Part shown: piece by piece, positions 1 through 7,911 of the stretch
How the letters are laid out: each line of letters opens with the position of its first letter
How positions within the stretch are numbered: the stretch's first letter is position 1
Virus record (IMG/VR): IMGVR_UViG_3300047170_000031
Location: 1 to 38,608 of that record
Strand: one strand, 5' to 3'
Origin: a virus
Length of the DNA: 38,608 nt
Position numbers and translations under genes: made by a program
The notes under the pieces: model-generated
The model's input: the letters and a program-made list of their open reading frames with translations, nothing else
What the model was told of the DNA's origin: nothing
Database searches by the model: none

Positions 1-127
1 TCACCAAGCAGCCTGCAGGGCGATGCTGGTCAGGATGAACTGGAATACGCTGCCGTATTCCGCGATGGTCGGCGCCTCGTTCAACGGCGATCTTTACTGG
101 GTCTTCGCCGACGATCTGTCTACGCGC
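1..127. repeat. Exact 127-bp terminal direct repeat, left copy (identical to 38482..38608); circular-closure overlap
   Basis: Base-by-base identity of window start and window end. The repeat runs exactly to the window edge. Confidence 0.97.
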
Positions 128-145
128 GTCGAGGTGGCGTCATGA
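2..145 (+). CDS. 3' part of a junction-spanning early ORF (92 aa on the circular molecule), unknown function
   Basis: Frame continues from 38348..38608 through the repeat. Ends ...YWVFADDLSTRVEVAS*. Stop TGA 143-145 overlaps the next ATG (ATGA). Confidence 0.6.
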   Translation, partial: HQAACRAMLVRMNWNTLPYSAMVGASFNGDLYWVFADDLSTRVEVAS

Positions 146-222
146 GCGCGCACACGCCGGTACCGTGGATCGCACCCGAATTGATCGCGTTGCGCGCCGC
201 GCTGGCGAAGGCGGGTCTATGA
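142..222 (+). CDS. 26-aa micro-ORF (MSAHTPVPWIAPELIALRAALAKAGL), coupled on both sides
   Basis: ATGA overlap at both ends. Hand-counted GC3 is 21/26, versus about 55% for the competing long start of ORF 165..431. Confidence 0.4.
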   Translation: MSAHTPVPWIAPELIALRAALAKAGL

Positions 223-431
223 ACCTGAACCACCTGAAACTGCACCACGAACTGGCGCAGGGCATCATCGCCGACCGCCAGCACGCCTGCCTGATGGCAG
301 CGCTGCGTTCCGGCCGCGGGCTGCAGACGGCGATCATCGAAGCGCTGGTCGAGGGGCACAACCGGCGCAGGGAGCGGCGCCAGGAGCCGCATACGGTCCA
401 AGGGTGGGCTGTCGTGGGGGTCCGGTCATGA
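219..431 (+). CDS. Hypothetical early protein, 70 aa
   Basis: Internal ATG of ORF 165..431, with ATGA overlaps to both neighbours. Confidence 0.6.
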   Translation: MNLNHLKLHHELAQGIIADRQHACLMAALRSGRGLQTAIIEALVEGHNRRRERRQEPHTVQGWAVVGVRS

Positions 432-637
432 ACGCCGCCCAGATCAACGCCTATACGGTCTGTGACTACTGGAATCACAAATTCGAGGGGCCGTTTCGGT
501 CGTACGCGGTCGCTGAAGCCGCGCTGGCTGCGCATCGCGCGCGGCACGTCGGAATCGATCGCAACTGGTTCGGGATCGAGGCCGTAACCCTTCCCGCGCG
601 CGATGCGCTGGGTAACTTCATCGAGGTCAGCACGTGA
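428..637 (+). CDS. Hypothetical early protein, 69 aa
   Basis: Internal ATG of ORF 404..637 (MNAAQINAYTVCDYW...). ATGA overlap upstream, GTGA overlap downstream. Confidence 0.6.
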   Translation: MNAAQINAYTVCDYWNHKFEGPFRSYAVAEAALAAHRARHVGIDRNWFGIEAVTLPARDALGNFIEVST

Positions 638-792
638 TCGCCTCCATCGTCATCGTTGTTGTCATCCTCTGGCTGCTGGGAGAGACGGTCTCGTTCGTGG
701 CCTATCTGGCTTCCGAAGGCATGTTCTGGCGGCCGATCGCCTTGCTGGCGGGGGTGGGGTGGGGGCTGTGGCACTTCTTGGCGCTACGATGA
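634..792 (+). CDS. Small membrane protein, 52 aa, two hydrophobic segments
   Basis: GTG start in a GTGA overlap. Translation VIASIVIVVVILWLLGETVSFVAYLASEGMFWRPIALLAGVGWGLWHFLALR. Below the 60-aa cutoff of the ORF track. Confidence 0.5.
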   Translation: MIASIVIVVVILWLLGETVSFVAYLASEGMFWRPIALLAGVGWGLWHFLALR

Positions 793-947
793 TCTGGTTG
801 GCTCACGTCGCATGGTGGAAACTGGCCGGCAGCATGTACCTTGCCGGGCTGATTCTGGGCATGCTCACGGATCTGATTCGAGCTTGGCGCGAGTCGCCCC
901 CGCGCGCGCAGGAAAGCGCAGAAACTCGGCCGCCCCCGCAAGTGTGA
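789..947 (+). CDS. Small membrane protein, 52 aa
   Basis: ATG in an ATGA overlap. Translation MIWLAHVAWWKLAGSMYLAGLILGMLTDLIRAW... The 3' 83 nt overlap the convergent gene 865..1131. Confidence 0.45.
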   Translation: MIWLAHVAWWKLAGSMYLAGLILGMLTDLIRAWRESPPRAQESAETRPPPQV

Positions 948-1131
948 GGGGGCCGGCCTTGTATTTCGGCGTTGCCAGAAGGTCGATGTCTAAGCGAATC
1001 AAGCGCTTATAAACAGTCGCTCGACAGCATCCGGCTTCGGTGCAGATCGCCCGGATGTTTCCGCCATGCATTCGGAACAGACGGCGCCAGTAGGCGCGTT
1101 CCACGCGCGCGAGAAGGTCCACGCGCTTCAT
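865..1131 (-). CDS. Fis-type (HTH_8-like) DNA-binding protein, 88 aa
   Basis: HGGNIRAICTEAGCCRATVYKRLIRLDI matches the Fis/NtrC C-terminal HTH pattern (GGN..aA...G..R.TlY.KL). Last gene of the replication operon, 3 nt after the upstream stop. Confidence 0.6.
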   Translation of the reverse strand: MKRVDLLARVERAYWRRLFRMHGGNIRAICTEAGCCRATVYKRLIRLDIDLLATPKYKAGPLTLAGAAEFLRFPARAGATRAKLESDP

Positions 1132-1134
1132 CGG

Positions 1135-1884
1135 CTACTGGGTGAAACCGATGGCATCAAGGTAGGTGGTCAGCCCAGCCTGCCCGGATTGATCCTGAAA
1201 TATGAACTTGTAGAAGGTCGATAAGTTCGCGGCCTGCAGGCTTGCGAGCGGGATGGTGCAGACAGACCATGAGCCCGAAGTGAGTTTTGGGACGCAGAAA
1301 ACGCCCACGTTCGTGACCCCGGCGCCGGTCGAAATGTCGCCCTCGAACTGCCCGTTCGACACGCTGTAGCGGTACGCGCCCAAGCTGTACGTCTGTGATG
1401 AGCTGGTGGGCTTGATCGAGATGGTCAGGTGATGGTACGGCGTGGTGTCGAACGAGGGCTGGTGCGTCGCGCTCGAGATCGCAGCGTAGGGGAGCCAGTA
1501 GCCGAACGCGCCGTTCGTTCTGAACGCGATGTCCTTCGCGCCGGGTTTCCCGACCGTGTCCGCGTAGTTGATGCTGGACACGGCGCCGGACCAGTCGCCG
1601 GGCCACAGAAATACGCCGTTATGATAAATCCAGGACGTTTGGCCTCCTGCCGGTGGCACGGCCGGTGGCGGGGGCGCGGGCGGCTGGCCGGCAGGCGGGG
1701 GCGCGGTCGATGAGCTGACGGGCGGGATGACGATCGTCGTGCCCTGCGCGGTCACCGTCACGGCGCCGTTCGTGTCCTGGGTGATCGTAATCGGGACGTT
1801 GATTTTCGTGGACGTCTGCGCGTGCGCGCCCACGGCACCCAGAATCACGCTACAGAATGCCGCTATCCGTGGAATTCGTCTCAT
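1135..1884 (-). CDS. Secreted protein: signal peptide, Pro-rich linker, ~170-aa beta-sandwich (carbohydrate-binding-module-like) domain
   Basis: N-terminus MRRIPRIAAFCSVILGAVGAHA/QT. Linker APPPAGQPPAPPPPAVPPAGG. Aromatic-rich C-terminal domain ending YLDAIGFTQ. The fold assignment is inference only. Confidence 0.65.
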   Translation of the reverse strand: MRRIPRIAAFCSVILGAVGAHAQTSTKINVPITITQDTNGAVTVTAQGTTIVIPPVSSSTAPPPAGQPPAPPPPAVPPAGGQTSWIYHNGVFLWPGDWSGAVSSINYADTVGKPGAKDIAFRTNGAFGYWLPYAAISSATHQPSFDTTPYHHLTISIKPTSSSQTYSLGAYRYSVSNGQFEGDISTGAGVTNVGVFCVPKLTSGSWSVCTIPLASLQAANLSTFYKFIFQDQSGQAGLTTYLDAIGFTQ

Positions 1885-4063
1885 AGGCGATCACCTCCTG
1901 GCTGCCTGCCGGGATCGTATCATCCTCGCGGCGCCAGCGTCGTTCGGCCTTGCCGTTCATCCAGCGCACCTTATTGGACCATCCGTTCGCGCGCAGGATC
2001 GCGCCCACGCGTCGTGCGTGCAGCATGTTGGCATCGCTCACCTTGAGGTCTACGCAGTTGGACAGCAGGGTCTCAATGTGCACGACATCACGCGATCCAA
2101 CATATCGAAGGATCGGGCCTTCCCACGGATCGATCTGGCGCCTAGCTTCGCGCTGCCGGCCGGCGGATTCCTCAGGGACGGTCCACCAGTCTTCCCCGCG
2201 CTCATAGCGGACGATGGCCTCGGCGAAGAACTGCGAGCGGTTCTCTTTCAGCCACTGCCGGTCAATGATGCCGCAGCGGATGGGCCAAAAGCGCCTGGCG
2301 CCGGTCTCATCCGTGTTCCAGTCATCGTGATTTGTCGTGCCGGCGAACAGACACGCGCGCGGGTGGTCGGCGGCCTCGCGCTCGTAGGGTTTCCGGTAGG
2401 TGTCAGTGCGGGTGGACATCACGTTCTTGACTTTCCGGATGTCGGCCTTGGAAAACGATTCCAGTTCGGCGATCTCGCCTAACAGTTTCCCGCGCAGAGT
2501 CAGGTAAAAATCCTTACTGTTGACGTTCTCATGAATCTCGACGAAATAATCGCCCCCGATGATCGACAGCGCGGATGATTTGTAAACGCCTTGCGCGCCC
2601 TCGAATACCGGCATGCAGTCGGCCTTGATCCCGGGCTTCAAGGCTCGAGCGACGAGGCCGATCATGAAACAGCGGCCGACCGCGCGGGTGTATTCGGTCT
2701 CCTTCGCGCCGAAGCCTTGCGACATCAACTGAGGTATGCGCTCCACCTTGTCCCACTCAAGCCCGCGCAGCCAGTCCGTGAGCTTGTTGCGACGTCGCTG
2801 CAGGGCGTAGATTTCGACCCCGCGATGCACCACGTTAGGCCAGATGTCGGGCATCCCGAAGTGCATCTGCAGGAACACGGTAAGATCCCCTGCGTGCGCT
2901 TCGGTCCACGGCTGATCGCCGATCATGATGCGCTCGGTGAATTCCTCGTAGTAGATGTCCATATCACCCTTCGCGCGGATCGCGTTGATGACGTTCGCGT
3001 GATTCCCGTACGGCCTGCCGTTCGAGCGCAGCACGAAATTGTGCCGCGCCCAGGTTTCGTACAGCGATCCGTTGATCGGCTTCTGCTCGTACGTCGCAGC
3101 CACGGTTTTTTTTTTAGGCTCGCGCACCTCGATGGGCTTGATCGCGCGGCTGTGCGTCTTCGCGTACTCTAAAATCCTAGCCTTCGGTGTGCCTGACTCC
3201 AGCGCATCGGCGAGGTCCCACGATTCCGGCCACTCGAATGGATCGACCATCGTGACCGTGGCGCCGATCGACACCAGTCGCGCGGCGATCTTCATGGCGG
3301 TCGATTTCCCGATTTCATCGTTATCGGGCCAGATGGTCACCACGCGCGAGGCCAGCGGCTGCCAGTCGGCCGTCATCGCCTGCCCGCAGCCGCCGCACCA
3401 CGTGATGCAGGGGCGCGTGGGAAAGAGGAATTGCGCCGCGTCCGCGGTTTTCTCGCCTTCCACCAGCAGCACCGGGTTGTTGATCGCGGCGAGCCGATCT
3501 AACCCGTACAGCGGCCGGGGCTTCGGGTGCCCCTTCATTTGCCACTTGAGGCCGTTCCAGATCCAGGGCTGGATGCGCTTACCCTCCTTCGTCTCGTACC
3601 GCGCGACCACGAACAGGGGCTCGGCGTGCGCGTCGCGATACACCCAGACTTTCGACGGCGTGCCCAGCGTTGGCGTCGTGAACAGACGCACGGAAAAATC
3701 GACGTTGGGCGGTCTGTGGACCTCGATGGCGGCATCGTCGGGCGGTTCTGCGAGCGCTGATGCCTTCAATGTCGCGTGTCCGTTCACTTGTTGATCGCCT
3801 CCCAGCAGCCGGTATGCCTCTCCCTGATCGACGCCGCGGATCGCCGCGTACAGGCTGACGAGATCGCCGCCTTTGACCGTACCGGCGAAATCCGCCCACT
3901 TCCCACTTTGCATGTTCACGGAGAGCGATTTGCCGGCACCGCCACGCACATCGGCGCAGACATACTCCGCGCCCACGGTCTTGCCGCCTGGCAGCCACTC
4001 GGCCATCAGCTCGCGGAACGTGTCGAGCAGCCGCGCGTTCAAGCCCGCGAAATCGTAGCTCAT
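1850..4063 (-). CDS. Bifunctional DNA primase (TOPRIM) / VirE-D5-P4-like SF3 helicase, 737 aa
   Basis: TOPRIM motifs LLVEGEKTADAA and WPDNDEIGKS. VirE-type P-loop FEGAQGVYKSS. Start MSYDF chosen from its ATGA overlap with the upstream stop. Confidence 0.88.
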   Translation of the reverse strand: MSYDFAGLNARLLDTFRELMAEWLPGGKTVGAEYVCADVRGGAGKSLSVNMQSGKWADFAGTVKGGDLVSLYAAIRGVDQGEAYRLLGGDQQVNGHATLKASALAEPPDDAAIEVHRPPNVDFSVRLFTTPTLGTPSKVWVYRDAHAEPLFVVARYETKEGKRIQPWIWNGLKWQMKGHPKPRPLYGLDRLAAINNPVLLVEGEKTADAAQFLFPTRPCITWCGGCGQAMTADWQPLASRVVTIWPDNDEIGKSTAMKIAARLVSIGATVTMVDPFEWPESWDLADALESGTPKARILEYAKTHSRAIKPIEVREPKKKTVAATYEQKPINGSLYETWARHNFVLRSNGRPYGNHANVINAIRAKGDMDIYYEEFTERIMIGDQPWTEAHAGDLTVFLQMHFGMPDIWPNVVHRGVEIYALQRRRNKLTDWLRGLEWDKVERIPQLMSQGFGAKETEYTRAVGRCFMIGLVARALKPGIKADCMPVFEGAQGVYKSSALSIIGGDYFVEIHENVNSKDFYLTLRGKLLGEIAELESFSKADIRKVKNVMSTRTDTYRKPYEREAADHPRACLFAGTTNHDDWNTDETGARRFWPIRCGIIDRQWLKENRSQFFAEAIVRYERGEDWWTVPEESAGRQREARRQIDPWEGPILRYVGSRDVVHIETLLSNCVDLKVSDANMLHARRVGAILRANGWSNKVRWMNGKAERRWRREDDTIPAGSQEVIAYETNSTDSGIL

Positions 4064-4251
4064 CGCGGCAGAGACAGCTTCAGCAGTTTGACGGCAAAGT
4101 CCGCCATTGGGCGATGGCCCGCGTGCCACATTCGCACCGTGACGTGCGAATAACCCAACAGTGCGGCGATCTCGCGGCAGTTTTTCTTGTGGCGTTTCAT
4201 TAGGCGGCGCAACGTCCTGTTGTTCGCAGACTCACGGAAGGGTTGAATCAT
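4060..4251 (-). CDS. Small HTH DNA-binding protein, 63 aa
   Basis: NCREIAALLGYSHVTVRMWHAG is helix-turn-helix-like. ATGA overlaps on both sides. Confidence 0.65.
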   Translation of the reverse strand: MIQPFRESANNRTLRRLMKRHKKNCREIAALLGYSHVTVRMWHAGHRPMADFAVKLLKLSLPR

Positions 4252-4613
4252 GATCGAGACGACAAATGGTCTATAAACTCTTCAATAATGTTGCGAGCGT
4301 TATCGACCGAGCGTGCGACACCGCACACACAGCCAGCGGCGTCAGCGGCGTTCAGCCACGACTGCTGTTTTTTTCGCAACCGTCCGACATCGGTTTTGAC
4401 TTCCAGCGACGTAAACACCGCCACCGTTTTTCCGACCATCTCCGCCGTGATCGTCACGCGCGTCCATCCCATCAGGTCGGACATGCCCGGAATGCCGACT
4501 GCGATCCACCGGCCGTCGATCAGTTGAAATTCTCCGCACTGAAACCGAAACAGCCGCACGTTGTCGTTCGACAAGTCGATCATGATCTCGGCCTTGATGT
4601 CGCGTTCCTTCAT
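4248..4613 (-). CDS. VRR-NUC domain (PD-(D/E)xK) nuclease, 121 aa
   Basis: GIPGMSDLMGW...FTSLEVKTDVGRLRKKQQSWL matches the VRR-NUC D...ExK...Q..W pattern. Start set at the ATGA overlap (alternative GTG at 4625). Confidence 0.78.
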   Translation of the reverse strand: MKERDIKAEIMIDLSNDNVRLFRFQCGEFQLIDGRWIAVGIPGMSDLMGWTRVTITAEMVGKTVAVFTSLEVKTDVGRLRKKQQSWLNAADAAGCVCGVARSVDNARNIIEEFIDHLSSRS

Positions 4614-5233
4614 AAACTTCCCCACTGTTCAGCCATAGCGCGGGCGATTCCGGGGAACGTGCGACTGCGATTTTTGGCCAGGTCTGGACCTGGCGACATT
4701 CGATGAATTCTCGAGGAATGGCGCCCGGGTCGCTTGCCGCCGCCGGGATCTTTCGGCGCAAGCTCGAGGTTTATAGTTCGCAGCGCAGGCAAATTCTTTA
4801 ACCAGAGGCAGGTCGTTTTCCATTCCGGATCGCCAAACATCCAAGGTTGCACAATCTGTTCAGGCGGGCGAATGACTGTCGATAAAATGCCGACCGGATT
4901 TTCAATTGCAATTCTCGGTATGCCTTCCAGCATCAATCGGCGTACAAATTCGATTGCCATCCGCTGCTCGATTTTTTTGTATCTCCACCAGCGCGCTCCG
5001 CTAGCAGCAAGATGCGTGCACGGAGGAAATGCGATCATCAAATCAGGAAACATGTGATAATCCGCATGCATTTGTGCTAAAAAATCAAAAATGTCATCCT
5101 GGATATGATCTTCCCCGCCATACTCGCAGGGCATCTCGCTGGGCAGTATGTCGACCGACCACGCTGTGTGCCCGCGCTCCACAAATGCTCGCCGCACAAC
5201 ACCCGAAAATTCGCACGCAATAATAACCTTCAT
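4610..5233 (-). CDS. Short DNA C5-cytosine-methyltransferase-like protein, 207 aa
   Basis: Motif I-like ACEFSG, motif IV-like FPPCTHLAASG, motif VI-like IENP, motif X-like RTFPGIARAMAEQW. No room for a normal target-recognition domain. Confidence 0.55.
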   Translation of the reverse strand: MKVIIACEFSGVVRRAFVERGHTAWSVDILPSEMPCEYGGEDHIQDDIFDFLAQMHADYHMFPDLMIAFPPCTHLAASGARWWRYKKIEQRMAIEFVRRLMLEGIPRIAIENPVGILSTVIRPPEQIVQPWMFGDPEWKTTCLWLKNLPALRTINLELAPKDPGGGKRPGRHSSRIHRMSPGPDLAKNRSRTFPGIARAMAEQWGSL

Positions 5234-5236
5234 GCT

Positions 5237-5446
5237 TCATTTGCCTTTCTCGTAACCTACGGATTTGGCCCAGGTTGAAAATTCCTGGTAGCAGTCGTCG
5301 CAGACCAAGTCGGTCTCTGCGAGCGGCACGGTCTGGGAAGAACTGGGGAACTCGCGCTTGAATTGCTCCGCCGCTTCGGCGTCGGTGAGACCCTTGTCGA
5401 ACGTCTCGCCGCAGACGGCGCAGATGTAGGTGTCGCTCATGTTCAT
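5237..5446 (-). CDS. Zinc-ribbon protein, 69 aa
   Basis: CAVCG...CDDC four-Cys pattern. Start MNMSDTY in an ATGA overlap with the helicase stop. Confidence 0.6.
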   Translation of the reverse strand: MNMSDTYICAVCGETFDKGLTDAEAAEQFKREFPSSSQTVPLAETDLVCDDCYQEFSTWAKSVGYEKGK

Positions 5447-6831
5447 GATTTTTCCTTTCGTTTCCACTTGCGCCCGCCCATCGCATGCGCTGCCCATCCT
5501 TCTGGATCCTTGTAGCCGCGCGTGCGGCCGATCGCAATCAGGTTTTCGAGCGACTTCGCCTGACCTTGTCGCTGCCGCTCGCGACGCGCATCGATTTCCT
5601 CCTGCGTGATTTCCTGAAGCTGGCCTTTTTGTCGGGATACAGTTCGTGGCTCAACTGGGAAAGCAGCTCCGCAATGTTTGCATACGCTCCCGCCGCTTCG
5701 CTGAGCCGAAAAGCAGCTTGGGCAAACCCGCACGCTGACCGCTCGTTCACCGCTTCCAGATTTTTGTACCTTTCCAGATAAAGACCAATCGCGGTCCTCA
5801 GTCGGCAGACCATGTCGTAGTGAATTGCCGGCATGGTCAAGAATAGTCGCGCAGCTTTTGCCGGGTGCAGTGCGAAGAATCCGCCCGCACTGCTGCAGCC
5901 AAAGTCCAAGCGACTGAGTTGGTCGCAGGCTGATGCCCACGTCGATTCCAGGGCAGTCAAATCCTTCGCTGATGAGATCCACGGAGACGAGCCACTGTAT
6001 GAGGCCATTGCTGAAATCCCTTATGATCGCGCGCCTGACAGACTTATCGGTATGGCCATCAATCGTGATAGCCGTGATTCCCGCGTCACGTGCCGCCTTT
6101 GCCATGTGTGCGGCATGTTCGAGCGAGCAGCAGAAAACGGCCGCACGTGCGCCAGGCGTGATAGCCTGATAGTGCGCGATCGCATCGCCGGTGATTTTCG
6201 GTTTGTCGACGGCGGCGCTGAGTTGGCTTTTGATGAATTCCCCCATCTTGCTGCCCACTTGCGATACATCAATCGTCGGGGGGGCGAATACGCGCACTGG
6301 GGATAGCCGACCACGCTCAATAAGCTCAGCGACACTTGGACCGAGTATGAGTCGATCGAAGGTGTCGCCCAAGCCTTCGCCCGAAAGCCGCGCAGGCGTC
6401 GCGGTAACGCCGAGTAGTAGGGCCTGCGGAAATGCGGAAAGGATCTTGCCCCAGGTCGAGCGTAAAATACAGTGATGGGCTTCGTCGATGACGATGAGGT
6501 CAGGTGCGGCCGTTTGTGCCAGATGGCGAACAAGGCTAAATACGCTCGCGACCTGGACGCGCGCGCTAGGTCGCGGAATCGTCCCTGATTGAATGATGCC
6601 ATGCACTACTCCGAATTCGTTTAAGGTTTCACTGATCTGATCGACTAATTCCTGCCGGTGGCATAGTATCCATGCCCGCTTGCCGCGTTCCTCGATTCCT
6701 TTGCAGATTGCGGAGAACATCACAGTCTTGCCGCTCCCCGTGGGCGACACCAGGAGCGGCGCACGGCACTTCTCGCGGTACGCGCGCCTTATGTCGTTAA
6801 GAGCCGCCTGCTGATAGTCGTAGAGGTTCAT
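5443..6831 (-). CDS. SF2 DEAD/DEAH-box (ResIII + Helicase_C type) DNA helicase with C-terminal zinc ribbon, 462 aa
   Basis: Walker A SPTGSGKT, DEAH box VIDEAHH, C-terminal CPSC...CKHC. Start MNLYDYQ has an AAGGA SD (alternative ATG at 6855 lies inside the operator palindrome). Confidence 0.88.
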   Translation of the reverse strand: MNLYDYQQAALNDIRRAYREKCRAPLLVSPTGSGKTVMFSAICKGIEERGKRAWILCHRQELVDQISETLNEFGVVHGIIQSGTIPRPSARVQVASVFSLVRHLAQTAAPDLIVIDEAHHCILRSTWGKILSAFPQALLLGVTATPARLSGEGLGDTFDRLILGPSVAELIERGRLSPVRVFAPPTIDVSQVGSKMGEFIKSQLSAAVDKPKITGDAIAHYQAITPGARAAVFCCSLEHAAHMAKAARDAGITAITIDGHTDKSVRRAIIRDFSNGLIQWLVSVDLISEGFDCPGIDVGISLRPTQSLGLWLQQCGRILRTAPGKSCATILDHAGNSLRHGLPTEDRDWSLSGKVQKSGSGERAVSVRVCPSCFSAQRSGGSVCKHCGAAFPVEPRTVSRQKGQLQEITQEEIDARRERQRQGQAKSLENLIAIGRTRGYKDPEGWAAHAMGGRKWKRKEKS

Positions 6832-6834
6832 GGC

Positions 6835-6901
6835 ATCCTTGCAAAAGTGTATCATTAAGATACACTGGCATCGTCGCTACTACAAGGCGATTTGCAAGGA
6901 T
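6835..6901. promoter_or_regulatory. Divergent promoter/operator region between the helicase operon and the recombination operon
   Basis: Perfect palindrome GTGTATC-ATTAA-GATACAC at 6847..6865. Plus-strand TTGCAA (6839-6844), 16-nt spacer, TACACT (6861-6866). Mirrored 11-bp leaders ATCCTTGCAAA (6835-6845) and TTTGCAAGGAT (6891-6901) carry both SDs. Confidence 0.6.
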
Positions 6902-6909
6902 AACCACAA

Positions 6910-7911
6910 ATGACAATGTTGTTTCCGAAAACGCGCGACGAGTGGCTGAAGATTCGCGAAAGCCACATCTCGTCGACCGAATCCGCCGCGCTCTTTGGTA
7001 TGTCCCCGTACATGACCATCTTTGAACTGGCGGTGTTGAAGAAAGACCCCACGCTCGATGACTTTACCGAGAACGAGCGCATGACCTGGGGCAAGCGCCT
7101 GGAGCGCGCCATCGCGCAAGGCATCGCCGAGGATTACGGCGTCAAGGTGCGCGCGATCTCAGGGTATGCGTCACTCGGCGATCACAAGATGGGCGCCTCT
7201 TTCGATTACGAGATCGTCGGGCTGAAGGAACTCGATCCCGAAAAGGGCGATTTCAAGGCATGGGAGGTCGATCAAACGCTGCGTAACCTCTACACCGATT
7301 ATGGTCCTGGCGTGCTTGAGATCAAAAACGTCGATGGCTTCGTCTACAAAAACGACTGGAAGGACGACGAGGCACCCGCGCACATCGAGATCCAGGTGCA
7401 GCACCAGCTTCACGCGATCGAACGCAACTGGGCCGCGATCGGCGTGCTGGTCGGCGGCAACAAGCAGGTGTTGCTCACCCGCACGCGCGACTGGGACGTG
7501 GGCGCGAAGATTCAGGCGAAGATCGGCAAGTTCTGGCGCGGGATCGCGGCCGGACACATGCCGCCCGTGACCTTCCCGCAGGATGCGGACATCATCCGGC
7601 AACTGTACAAGTACGCCGAGCCTAATTCGGTGCTCGATTACCAGAAGGAGGCGGACGAGGCGGGCGATCGGCTGCACCAGCTCGCATGGCAGCATGACGA
7701 GGCCACGAAACTGAAGTCCGCCGCGGAGCAGCATCACAAGGCGACTGGCGCCGCGCTCCTGATGGCGATGGGAACCACGGAAAAGGCGCTATTTATAGAC
7801 ATGACCGTGAACGCCTCCACGGTCGGCCCGGCGCACGTCAAGGCGTACGATCGTGCGGGCTATCGCAATTTGAGGGTATACCCAAAGAAATCAAAGGAAG
7901 TGAAATCGTGA
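6910..7911 (+). CDS. YqaJ-type (lambda Exo-like, PD-(D/E)xK) recombination exonuclease, 333 aa
   Basis: DEWLKIRESHISSTESAALFGMSPYMTIFEL is the YqaJ N-terminal signature. LEIKNV supplies the ExK motif. Confidence 0.82.
   Translation: MTMLFPKTRDEWLKIRESHISSTESAALFGMSPYMTIFELAVLKKDPTLDDFTENERMTWGKRLERAIAQGIAEDYGVKVRAISGYASLGDHKMGASFDYEIVGLKELDPEKGDFKAWEVDQTLRNLYTDYGPGVLEIKNVDGFVYKNDWKDDEAPAHIEIQVQHQLHAIERNWAAIGVLVGGNKQVLLTRTRDWDVGAKIQAKIGKFWRGIAAGHMPPVTFPQDADIIRQLYKYAEPNSVLDYQKEADEAGDRLHQLAWQHDEATKLKSAAEQHHKATGAALLMAMGTTEKALFIDMTVNASTVGPAHVKAYDRAGYRNLRVYPKKSKEVKS

Noticed and set aside
165-947. Longest-ORF starts in the early block (165..431, 404..637, 603..947, 656..1012)
   Set aside because: Internal starts that form ATGA/GTGA overlaps give a continuous coupled gene chain. 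The extended 5' parts have poor GC3 (about 55% for 165-218) and overlap better-supported frames.
951-958. GGCCGGCC palindrome as a bidirectional terminator after the early genes
   Set aside because: It is an 8-bp self-complementary site with no loop and no flanking U/A tracts, which is too weak to call.
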